DNA from: Hyphochytrium catenoides
Taxonomy: Eukaryota > Protista > Hyphochytriomycota
Assembly (NCBI GenBank): GCA_900088475.1
Contig: FLMG01003684.1
Location: 1 to 55,393, forward strand
Reading direction: 5' to 3'
DNA length: 55,393 bases
The translations under genes were made by a program, and so were the position numbers. Below are positions 1 to 10,217 of this stretch, piece after piece. The notes beneath the pieces were generated by a model, which saw only the letters and a list, made by a program, of their open reading frames with translations, was not told the origin of the DNA and made no database searches. Numbering within the stretch: position 1 is the first letter of the stretch; the number at the start of each line of letters is the position of its first letter.

Positions 1-272
1 GAGAGAGAGAGAAGAGAGAGAGAGAGGGAAAAGAAGAGAAAGACAGAGAGCAGAAGAGAGCAGCGCAGCACGTGAGCAGGAACCCGAAGTCGGAGCAAAG
101 AGCAGCAGCCAAGAGCAGGAGTCGGGATATAGGGACGGGGATCATAGTCTGGTGCTATTTTTGTCTTGTTTTCTGAACTAGTCAAGGCGAAGCCCTTGGT
201 CCCTCTCTTTCTACGCTTCTAGTAGCTAAACAGACCAGTTAGGACAACAGCAAGAAAGAGAAGGTTGGAAGA

Positions 273-1121
273 ATGGCTACCGGCAATGGAAAGACAGAGA
301 ATGGCAAGACAACCGAAGGTGAGAAGAGGACGCGAAGAGTAATACGGAGAGAGAGAGGGAGATCTTGCTAGGCACTTTCCCCCGGTCATTCTTCTTATAT
401 TGGTTCTCTTTTGCAGTTGAAGAGGAGGCGAAGGTGCCCACCGCCGCGGGGACGAAGAAACGTCCCCAGGAAGAAGTAGAGGAGGAGGAGGAAGAGAAGA
501 AGGTGGAGAAGGCGAGCAAGAAGAAGAAGGAGGCCGAGGAGGAAGACGAAGAGGAGGAGCTAGAGGAAGAAGAGGATCTAGAAGATCAAGAGGAAGACGA
601 GGTTGACGATGAGGACGGCGGAGGAGACTACTCGATGCTTGTCTATGGAAACATTGAGGTAGAGAGAGGAGCTCCTTATCTCTGAGATCCTCGAGCTCCC
701 TTCCGCTCTGTCTCTCTCGTCTCTAGCTCTCCAAGATTCTGCTCTCTTGACGTCCCTCTTTCTCTTGCGCTCTCCCTCTTTCTTGTCATTCGGTTCTTCT
801 GCAGTGTTCCTGCTCTCTATCTTCCCTCCTATAGCGTGGTGGTCCCTTCTCCTTCCTGTCCCCTCGCGGCCCCTCTCGCTTTGTGTCTCTCTCTCTCCTC
901 CCTTCTCCTCTACTCGAGGGTTGCCGCGCTCTTCTCTTACAGAAGCAGGAAGAGCAAAGAGCTAATGTCGCTCAATAGGAGGGAGACAGTGATGATGATG
1001 AGGACTTCGTAGGCGACGAAGGTGGCGCAGAGGAAGAAGAGGATGAAGAAGATTTTGTCGATGACGAGGAGGAAGATGAGGTGGACAGCGACTACAAGGC
1101 TGGGACCAGTGGGAGCAGCAA

Positions 1122-1125
<4 letters not shown>
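273..1125 (+). CDS. Small, highly acidic protein (~144 aa), possible histone chaperone; join(273..318,417..658,979..1125)
   Basis: ATG at 273 and two phase-compatible GT-AG introns. Product MATGNGKTENGKTTEVEEEAKVPTAAGTKKRPQEE...DYSMLVYGNIEEGDSDDDEDFV...GSSK* has long D/E tracts and basic clusters (KKRP, KKKK). Function is inferred from composition only. Confidence 0.7.

Positions 1126-1185
<60 letters not shown>
1125..1185. repeat. (AG)n microsatellite, ~30 units
   Basis: Perfect AG run starting at the stop codon of the acidic-protein gene. A second imperfect AG tract lies at 1-60. Confidence 0.97.
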
Positions 1186-1188
<3 letters not shown>

Positions 1189-1696
1189 CGTGTCAGGGAG
1201 GGAAGGACGCGCTCGAGAGAGGAGACAGTGCCGCAAGGGAGCGAAAGAGAAGAAGAAGTGTACCAGGCCATGAGCTAGACGATTAGAAAACATAAATAGA
1301 AAATATTGCATTAAAGTGAAGGACATGGATAATATCCGAGGACAGGCAGAGAGGGAGAGACTGCGCTTTTGAGAAAGAAGAGGATGCCACTGTGTATCTT
1401 CTAAGGCTTTGGCGAAGGTCCGCTTGTGCTAGGAAAAGAAGACGATGCTGCTGCTGCTCCAATCCATGGCAGTGAACATATTTCCTCTAATCTCTCAAAG
1501 ACGGCAAGCTTTCGCATTATCTCTTCAACCCTTCTCTCCTGCCGTCTTCATACTGTTCCTCTCCTCTAGCCTCTCTCTCTCTCTCTCGGTCTATTGATCT
1601 TCACATACTGGCGCGTCCCCTCGACCTCCGATGGCGCAGTGGAGAAGAACGTGTTGACAGCCAAAACGTGCCCACCTCTCTTGCCAGGGCCTCTCC

Positions 1697-4600
1697 TCAT
1701 CGCCCGGCGTCACTGCTGCTAAAGAAGTGTCCGATGCTCCTTTGCCCCTTGTCCCTCGGCGTCACTTTGGATTTTCTCCCTCCCGCGGCTCCCTGCGACT
1801 TGTTGCTGCCTACCTTGCCCTTTCCGGATGTTTGGCGGCTCTTGACTGGCCATCTAAGAGCAGTGACGCCGCTTCTTTGCTCTTGAGACGGCTGAGAGCT
1901 CTGTTCTTTGTCGTCTTCATCCACATCTAACACTATCGCGTCTAGGTCTCCTTGGGTGACTGATTCATTTTCTTGACAGCTGCCGCTTTCTTGTACACAA
2001 ACAGTCACCTGAGATTCTGACTGTATCTGGGCAAGCGGTGAAGGAGCGGAAGAGCGGGGACTAGGCGCCGTCTGCTGCTGAAAGAATGAACGGATGGAAC
2101 TCGCCGGCGGCTTCTGTCCACTCACCACCACGGAAACGATGCGAATGTCGGAGGATCCCCTGGAGCAATCATCAAGAACTTCACTGCCATTTCCTTCTTC
2201 TTGAAAAGGAGCAGAGGAAGGTGATGCAGGGGACTTCTGAAGTGAGCAGATCTCCTCCTCAGCTCTCTTTTGCCTTTTCGGCACTCTCTCCCCTGCACCT
2301 TTGCCTGAGAAAAAGGCTTTGATACTGTGCTGCTTGGGGCGAAAGTAACAGAACTTGGTCTCTTCATCTTGGCAGTTCACTGTTAGTGGCCAGGAGCTCT
2401 GTGACTTCACCAGTAAGGAGACTGCAATGTGGTCACTGAACTTTGGCGGCGTATAAATCATTCCTGCAGAGGAGGACAACCCGAGATCTGACGTTAGAGG
2501 ACAAGCTTGGCTTGACGGAGAGGACTGTAATGAAGACTAAAGTCCGAAGTGTGATATCATATGCTGTAGGAGAGAATCAGACAACGGCAGCTGTCCGTCC
2601 GAGAAGCTCATAGAGCCCATCCAAACACAAGTTCTTAGACGTCTAGCAAGAAACGGAGCAGTGGAAGCCCATAGCGCAGGAAGTAGAGACTGTTTCTATG
2701 GGCCCAGAGATCAAGGCAAAAGATATCTAAGCAAGCTCTGCGGTTTGAGAGGAACAGCGGTAAAGACCGATCAAGTGTGACCTGAGTGCGGCTCTACGAA
2801 TTGCGTGTCATAGACTCGTTGTGGCGACTCCATCATGCCCGTTCCATCCACAGGGGCAGGCATCCATTGGCCATCGGATGTCGCCATGCGCAGTGCTGCT
2901 CGGCCACTGAGTGGGTCGTCCGGAGGGTGGGACTTGTCCACGCCTATTCGATTGGGCAAGCACAGACATCAACCAAGATCGGGTTTTAGAAAGGAAAGCG
3001 AACGAGGATGGAAAGAGAGAGAGAAAAGACAGTAGGAGAGGGCGCGAGGGGGCGTAAGGGAGGGAAGACAAGGTAGGAAGGAAGCGAGACAGGGAGAGGG
3101 AGAGGGGGAGAGATACAGAGAGCAACTATAGAAAGAGACGGGAAAGAGAGAAAGAAAAGGAGACAGGCAGCCAAACAGAGAAACACCATAGTTACCTCCT
3201 TTCAAACTGGGCCCTCGTAGACAGCACTCAAAGAAGAACTTCTTATCGACAAGGATGTAATCGATCCGAGTCCCTTCGTTCCGGTACCGCCCATTCCGAT
3301 ACTGATCCCAGCATGTAAAGCGGTCCACCGCCGTAGGATAAAAGAAGGCGAATGAGTCCACCATTCCATCCTCAAAGAGAAGAGACTCCATCCACCTTCA
3401 TCGCCAAAGTGGGACGGCAACAGAAACAATAAGAAGAAAATGGAAGCAACAAAACATTTCTTAGGATCAAAGATGTACGTAGTTGGACAGGCTGATACGA
3501 AATGGCAGAACGTAGAAGCGAAGCGAAAAGAGAAGAATCGCGAGAACTATGATAGGAGAACAAGAAGCGAGATGTAGCATAGACGAAGGGCGCTCAGGGA
3601 GAGATTCCGAGATACACAGACAAAGAGAGAAAGAAGGAGAGAGAGGGAGAAAGATTGAAGAGGAGAAATAGGAGAGGAGCATAACTGGGCCGCCTACCCG
3701 ACGGTTGCGGAGTTGTATCCGCTGCGACCAAAGTGCAGACTGAGAGCTATAAGGTCCTTCAGACGGATTGGGCAGCCTGCTTTCTCCAAGGCGTCACTAA
3801 GCTCTCGAGTCTCCATCAGAACCTCTTTCCCCGTTTCTTTGTACACTCCATTTGTTGATCCATCGGCTGGGATCTTCTCTTTGGCTATTATCTCTATCCC
3901 TTGTCTGTGCGCCTGCAGGATCCTTCGGATGTGGTCATCCTTTTGCTCTGCCCGAGACTGGGCCGGACGGAGCAAGGAGAGCCAAAGGCTAGCGTAAGCA
4001 AGTTTGTCTCTATTTCCGCTTTCACTCGCCTCTAAGGATGTAATAACCTTCGGTCCTTCTTCTCACTGTCCTCTGTTCAGACTTACACTCACTGGGGTCT
4101 CTGCTTCCTTAAGTGCCCTGAGGATTCGCGACAGATTGACATCCCGCCATTTCCAGGCCATGTCTTCCGCCCTTCTAGCTATGTTAATGTCGCCTAGCAG
4201 CATCACTGCTCGCCCTCTTTCCCTTTGTCGCTGCATAGCACGACGAAGGCCATTGAGGAACTGGAGCTTGAAGGCAAAACGCTCGGGATCAGAGGGTCCT
4301 AGCATGACATGAGGGAATGGTCAACCTGCAGTCCGCCTGGCAGCAGCATCGCACTTTGCAATGCAATTTCTTTCCTTCCAGGCTTTCTTTTGAATGCCTT
4401 ACGTCAACCAAGGGGATCTTTGCGGGTTATCCTCCAACCTACTGCCAAGGATATCCCCGGTTCTGCTCAAACTAGCCTCACCTGCGTTAGGTACATAGAC
4501 GTTGAAGATGACAAATGTGCCATGGTCTGTCATCACGCATCGCCCCTCGCTGTCCAGCTCTGCATCCTCCAGAGGGGCCGCGCTGCCTGCCTGCGTAAGG

Positions 4601-5155
4601 CCCTTACGTGCGTAGGTAGTGACGCCGCTATACCCTTTCTTTCCTGGGTGAGAGCAGCAGCACCAGAAGGAGTCCCACTGGTCGATAAACCCATCCTGCA
4701 AGCGGGGGTCGACAGAACAAAGAGCGAGTATATGGTAGGGGTCGTCAGGGGCTGAGAAAGGTGCCCAGCGAGAGATAGGCGAACGGAGCAGCTATAAGAG
4801 ACAGAAGGGATAGGATGTGAACCTAGCAAAGGAAGGAGAGTGAGCTGCATATCGCTGCCCGATCAGAAAAGGGTCCCCGGCTCTCATCGCGGTTTGTTAG
4901 GGAACACTCTTGAGAAGAAAGGAAAGGAAGAATCAGTCCCGCGTCCTTGCATCGTAGCATTTCCAGTACCTTGTCAGTCGCTCCTGAGGAGAATGGATCT
5001 TCATACAGTTTGTTCCTAGTCACCTTTACCTCCTGCACGCAAAAGATATCAGCTTGCAGCCTTTGTAGATAGTTCCCCAGCGTCCCATAGTGGTTGCGGA
5101 TGAGCTGCAACGTGGTGGGCCAGCTCGCCACATTCCAGCTGATGATGAGCACCAT
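1697..5155 (-). CDS. APEX2: ExoIII-family AP endonuclease, APE2/Apn2-like (multi-exon)
   Basis: Ordered EEP motifs across exons: ISWNV, DIFCVQEVK, GYSGV, DSEGRCV, NVYVPN, GDINIA, FTCW...GTRIDYIL, SDHIAV. Disordered C-terminal tail with PIP-box-like motifs. Confidence 0.9.
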
Positions 5156-6360
5156 CCCAGGCCCAGGGGGAACTCATGAGGAAGTAGGACGAAGGCAATA
5201 AAGAGCGGCGCAGTGAGAGGAGGGATGAAGAAGGACCGTGGTGAGGAGTGGAACGTTTAAAAGCGTATCTTGGCGAAAGAGTTAAGTCATGCCATCACGC
5301 CGCCTGCCTCAGAAGCCGCAAAGCGCTTTTCTCTAGCTGCCAAATGCCTGGCTAAGAAGAAGAGACGGAGAGCTGATTGAGCTTCCCGTCAGGTACAGAG
5401 CCTTCGGGCCTAAGCTGAATCTTCCAAGAGCACAATGGACGACGGCGGGTCTCTCTTCCGCCGTCAGGACGGCAACCTCTGCTATCCTCTCCTCTCCTTT
5501 GCTCTCTCACTCTCCTTCTCCTCCTCTCTTGTTAGTCCGATCTTCAGAAATCCAAGTCTCAAGAAGTGCAACGCTGTGTGCTTCAAGAGATTCGCAGAGG
5601 CAGAAATTCATGAGCTGGATAACAACAACAACAAACATGTGTAAAAGACATTGGTCCACGGTTCAATAGCTAGTGAACAGAGGGCGTATTAATGCCGTTA
5701 GCAGTACTTTCTCCGCAGTGTGATTGATGCTTGATTCGTGATCTCCATAATTTGAAGATCTCGCCTCAGTCATCAGTCATCAGTCAGCGTATGAAGCTGC
5801 GGACAGGAGGCGGAGGGACTAAACCTTTACTTTCCCATTCATTGAGACGCTGGCGGTAGAGAGGAGGATTCCCTGTCTACGTAGAGGGACCGCGACCTTG
5901 CAGGCCGACGGGTGCAGATCTCCGCCGGCTAGACGCCATTGTGAAGAAGCCTTCTCTAAACCTGCAATTCCAGAACTGTCCTATGACCGTGTCCGCATCA
6001 GCCCGTGATCTCCCAACGTCTTTTGGAAGGATAACCAGCAATCCTCATTACTTTTGTTCGATGATCTTTCTGCCTTCCTGCGGAGTATTTCTCCTAGGAC
6101 GTTATTCTCTCTCTTTTCCTCTCTCTCACTGCTCCTTGCCCGGCTCCCTTCTCTTCTCTCTCTCTCTCTTTCCTAGATCAGAGTTGACCCTTGATGCTGA
6201 GGATATCTTTATAATATTATTTAACATCTTGATGAGACACGGCGTTCCATTCGTCGGTATTCGTAGTCTCAACGCCCTTGGATAGTCAGCAGAGCAGCGC
6301 CACAGATAACAATCTGCCGTGCTTGGAGGCCTAGAACTGATAGAACAACTAGCAACCACC

Positions 6361-7887
6361 TCAGAGACACAAGGCATTGATCACACTTAAAGCTGTTAAC
6401 AGGAACAACGTTATCGCCCCAAGTGGCTGGCTAGCAGCGGCGAAGGAATTCTCTAGGGATGGTGCCTTCCCTTGGTTCGCGTCGTCAGACGTCGTGGTGG
6501 AGTTGTCCACCTTAGGCCCATCTTCAGACGGCTTCGGATCGCTGCTATTCATGACAGGCCGCGGAATTGGGTCCTTCACCGTCTCTCCTCTCTCCTTGTT
6601 GCTGAACTTCACTAGCGATTCGTTTCTTGGTGGTTTCTCCTTGATAGCAGGATTGTCAAAGTAACACGCCCACATGTTCTGGCCCTCCTTAGGCATCTCT
6701 GACTCTGCCGTATCGCTCAGCGTGTACATCAGCTCGCCCCCCATGGCTACCGCGTAAGCGTTACCCTGCCGCCTGCAGGTTAGCTCTGCGACGTAATTGT
6801 CCTCATCCGTAATACCAGGCACTAGCTCCCGCTCCCGCAGCGTGTAGCATTCTTGCACTGCGTTACCACATCCTCCTCCCACGAGGGCATCCTTCTCGCT
6901 TTTGCAAGCGGTCATACATCTCTCAAAGGCCGCCTCCACGTAGTCCAGAGAGATAGGATAAGACTTGTACGTGCTGCCGCTTCCCTCGCCAAGCTTCCGT
7001 ACATCGTCCTCGCACCTTGCTTTAGGTGGCTCGTTTCCTCCCGGTACAGGAGCTTGAGACGAGTCGTTCTTGACATGCTGTGTGGCCTTGCAGCAGAAGG
7101 CAGGAGAGGAGGGACCGACCACTGCTCCGTCAAAGTAGTAGAGAATCTCACTCCGATCCTTAGCGATCTTCTTTTCCGCGCTGACGATACTGGTTGTCAA
7201 TGGTTCCTGCGTCCCATTGATTGCTATGGTGATGTTATACCGGCCAGCAGGAGGAAAGATGTGCGTGACGCCCGCTTCGTTAGCATCACAGCGACTGCAG
7301 CCATGAAGCTGTCGCTTGCTTTGACCTTCGGACTCTCTGCCGGAAGAGAGCCACAGGTTATAAGACTCTCCTTTAGACTCTATTGCTTGACACTNNNNNN
7401 NNNNNNNNNNNNNNNNNNNNNNNNNNNNNNNNNNNNNNNNNNNNNNNNNNNNNNNNGAAAGGCCCTCTTCGCTGCTGAAGGCCTCTTGGCAAATCTCCTC
7501 AGGGCTCACTGGCGTGTCTTCATCATCTGGAGCCTCTATCTCATTCTCTAACAGCTCTGCCTCCTCCTTTTCCTCCAAGCCGTCCTCCATTACTTTCTCC
7601 TGAGTCTCTGCCGACTCGAGGTGGCGGGAACCTGACAGCGATGAGGAAGAAGATATGGTGAAGGCCTTTGGGGGCGTCATTGCTGCGGCATCGGTAGCCC
7701 CGTCACCACTTAGCTGACGTGGGACGAACAGCCCTTGAGGGAGGGAGTTATGCTCCTGGCCCATGGCTACACTGGCGGCGAGTAGGGTGACTCCAAGGAA
7801 GTGTGCTGCTCTCCTGGCATTTCTAGCGGTGCGCTGACACCTTGCAGCTCTCTGTCTACGTCTGATATTGCCACCGAGAGCTACCAT
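6361..7887 (-). CDS. Secreted Cys-rich, putatively GPI-anchored surface protein of unknown family
   Basis: Long open frame from ATG 7887 that stays in frame across the N gap. Signal-peptide-like FLGVTLLAASVAMG, Cys-rich core, S/T/P/D-rich stalk, and a hydrophobic C-terminus (AAASQPLGAITLFLLTALSVINALCL*) with no cytosolic tail. Confidence 0.75.
   Translation of the reverse strand: MVALGGNIRRRQRAARCQRTARNARRAAHFLGVTLLAASVAMGQEHNSLPQGLFVPRQLSGDGATDAAAMTPPKAFTISSSSSLSGSRHLESAETQEKVMEDGLEEKEEAELLENEIEAPDDEDTPVSPEEICQEAFSSEEGLXXXXXXXXXXXXXXXXXXXXXXCQAIESKGESYNLWLSSGRESEGQSKRQLHGCSRCDANEAGVTHIFPPAGRYNITIAINGTQEPLTTSIVSAEKKIAKDRSEILYYFDGAVVGPSSPAFCCKATQHVKNDSSQAPVPGGNEPPKARCEDDVRKLGEGSGSTYKSYPISLDYVEAAFERCMTACKSEKDALVGGGCGNAVQECYTLRERELVPGITDEDNYVAELTCRRQGNAYAVAMGGELMYTLSDTAESEMPKEGQNMWACYFDNPAIKEKPPRNESLVKFSNKERGETVKDPIPRPVMNSSDPKPSEDGPKVDNSTTTSDDANQGKAPSLENSFAAASQPLGAITLFLLTALSVINALCL
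7395..7456. other. Assembly gap (62 N)
   Basis: Run of N in the sequence. Confidence 1.
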
Positions 7888-8129
7888 CTTTATCAAGACT
7901 TATAGCAGACGCAACTTGATTAGAGAAGATTAAGTTCGCCGCAAAAGTCGAGCGCTTGTTTGCTGACGGCCCCTTCACTATGTGGCGCCTGGGATAAATA
8001 TCTTGTGAGAAATTAGAGCGCCAGAGCGATGAAGCTGGGTGGCTACCGTTTACAGCCTACTGTCACCGCGAGCGGCGCTGCTCACATTGTGGACGACGAG
8101 AGATCATTCAGCCAGCCTGAATGTTCCTG

Positions 8130-8560
8130 GTGTGCCTTAGTGGACTGCAGCATTACGACTAGGCTCTTGGCGCTCTGGGACCACGTTGTAGGAGTTTGCC
8201 TTGAACTGTGACAGCCTGTGATGGACAGACTTGGCTATTGTTATTCCATCACAACGAACCTCCTAGCAGAATCTAACCAAACATCTAAGAAGAGCCAGGA
8301 CAGCCTTTATGGTTCTTGGAGGTTCCGTGGACATTCCTTTTTTTCCGAGACCTTTGTTGTCGGCGCCAGCACCGTTAGAGATCAACAGCTTCGAAGAAGG
8401 ACACATCATGGTCTTGGTAGTTGTTCTACGGACAAGCTGATCGCACAGACAGGACCTAAATGGGAGTCGAGGTACATCGCTTCTACTATGTTAAGAGAAG
8501 GACATACACCGGTCCTTGGGACTATGATAGAAGAAGAACTACTACCCGATACATCTTAGG
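8130..8560 (+). mobile_element. Decayed Ty1/copia-like RNase H remnant
   Basis: Correctly ordered degenerate motifs across frameshifts: LVDCS; GVCLEL*QPV; SITTNLLAE...SQDSL/WFL (cf. STxEAEY...E.LWL); DRT*MGVEVHRFYYVK (cf. RTKHIDIRYHFVRE); EELLPD (cf. EQLAD). Confidence 0.45.
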
Positions 8561-8728
8561 CCGGAAGAAGAGAAGAACAGGTTCTTTATCCCCCTTCTCT
8601 GTACATCGAAACCTCTCGAGGGCCTGGCTATATTGCTCTGGCTCTCTCTCTCGGCGTCCCTCCGCTCGAACATAATAAACACTATGGGCCGACGTTGATG
8701 CATCATCATCCATCATGCCCTAGAACTT

Positions 8729-9470
8729 CTACTTCCTCATCTTGATATCCAGTCTTCTCGTCTCTATAGAGAGAAAATAGCTGGCCACTTCGATTTTCTT
8801 ATCAAAATGCCGCTTTGATAGGGCCAACAGCTGCTGCATACGGCTGGGCGTCGGTGTCGGCTGTAGGTTCCGCCGGACAAGGCTCGAGGAACGACTTTGC
8901 TTAATTATTAGTGCTCCGATCTTTCCAGGAAGTTGTACGGTACGAGACTCGGAGCCAACCTCATCAGACTGCAGAGCGGATAGCAGTTCTACCGTTATAA
9001 AAGCGTGACGTCTCGTAGTACAGCCACAGTTTAAGCATGAAGCGGAGCGAGTGATCAAGAGCAGCATGTAAGAAGGGTCGACGAATCTTGTCTCAGCAGA
9101 GAACGTGCTGCTTCATCGGACACAGGCGCTACTAGAAGAAGTTGGCAGTCGCCGACGGTCGACTGATGCTTCTACTACCTCAGGTATAAGGTTGTTGGGA
9201 CCATCACTCTTCATCGTCGGTCCAATTATCATGAAGAGGCAAGGATGGAAGGACAGGAGAGTAAAAACAATAGAGCTCAGGACACCATCAAGCTTGGCCC
9301 CTGGTCTGTTACGCTTGTTTGGCGAGTAGAGGGAGGACAGGTAGATTGCACCTGGCTCAGTAACCTAACCTGCCCTCTCTGCCTCCTGCAGCAGGGCACT
9401 CGCCAGCCGGCGTTGATCGTTAGCTTCGTCCACTATGAGAATAGTTCGTTAGTCATCAATTTCTAGTCGC
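8729..9470 (-). mobile_element. Possible decayed Ty3/gypsy-like RT-RNase H remnant
   Basis: Degenerate ordered motifs: IDD; LTIN...QVRLLSQV; VDPSYMLLLITRSAS (cf. pD..pf.l.TDAS); TVELLSAL (cf. EKELLAI); SRMQQLLALSKRHFD...VASYFLS (cf. RL.RW.L.L..FDF...VADALS). Each match is weak on its own. Confidence 0.3.
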
Positions 9471-9905
9471 AGGAAGTATGTTAACCATTATCACTTTTCT
9501 CTTAGTCATCTGCCGCTACTCAGGCACAGTTGTCTTGTCACCATCAACGATCAACCACCATAAGAAGAGGATCGCTGCGCTAGTGTCATACACCATCGTT
9601 TCTAGCATCCCCGCTCTTTTAAGCTCTCTCTCTGGCTCAGAATATAGTGCAAGATAACATTCCAAAGGCTGATCACTGACTACTCTTCTTTTATTATGCA
9701 TTATTGACAGTAAGAAGGTAGAAGAGGACCACGCTAGGGTCTAAAGAAATAGTTAAATGGTAAGGCATCACTTTCGCCTTCCTGGGCCGCCGTCGCCGAT
9801 GTCACGTGATAGCTAAGACCTTACAGGTCAGCCGGCTGACGCTTCCTCCAGGTAAAGCTCCGATGCAATGCTACTAAATATATGCACAGCGGACAATCAG
9901 TCCAG

Positions 9906-10217
9906 TTAACGCGTTGAAGAACCTCCCATGGCTCCTCCTCCGAGGCCATAACCACCGGCCGACGAATTGGTCGTACTGTAGTCACCATTCAGGTTATCGG
10001 TAGCTGAGACCCGTCCATGGTGCTTCCGCTGGCCGCGAGCCATATCTGCTTGTTGCTGGGTTGCACTCTTCCTAGAATCAGGCGTTATGGCAGCCTTGAC
10101 GCGATCGACGCCATCGGTGACCTTCTCTTTCACACGTTCTCCCATGGTCTTGTCTTGGCGGGGAATGTTCTCCTCGAGCTGTTGGCGGGTGAGGTCCTTT
10201 CTTCCGTAGTCTGACAT
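9906..10217 (-). CDS. Hsp12/Hsp9-like small hydrophilic stress protein (103 aa, intronless)
   Basis: MSDYGRKD...GERVKEKVTDGVDRVKAAITPDSRKSATQQQAD resembles the fungal Hsp12/Hsp9 pattern (MSDxGRK...KE..TD..D.V....PD..KS..Q...D). Gly/Ser-rich tail. Confidence 0.75.
   Translation of the reverse strand: MSDYGRKDLTRQQLEENIPRQDKTMGERVKEKVTDGVDRVKAAITPDSRKSATQQQADMARGQRKHHGRVSATDNLNGDYSTTNSSAGGYGLGGGAMGGSSTR

Noticed and set aside
943-978. In-frame TAG suggesting stop-codon reassignment or readthrough
   Set aside because: The TAG doubles as a splice acceptor with a branch-like gctaat just upstream. Other genes here end in TAG, and long exons show no internal TAG.
937-1326. ORFs with poly-ER or poly-LS runs
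   Set aside because: These are translations of the (AG)n microsatellite.
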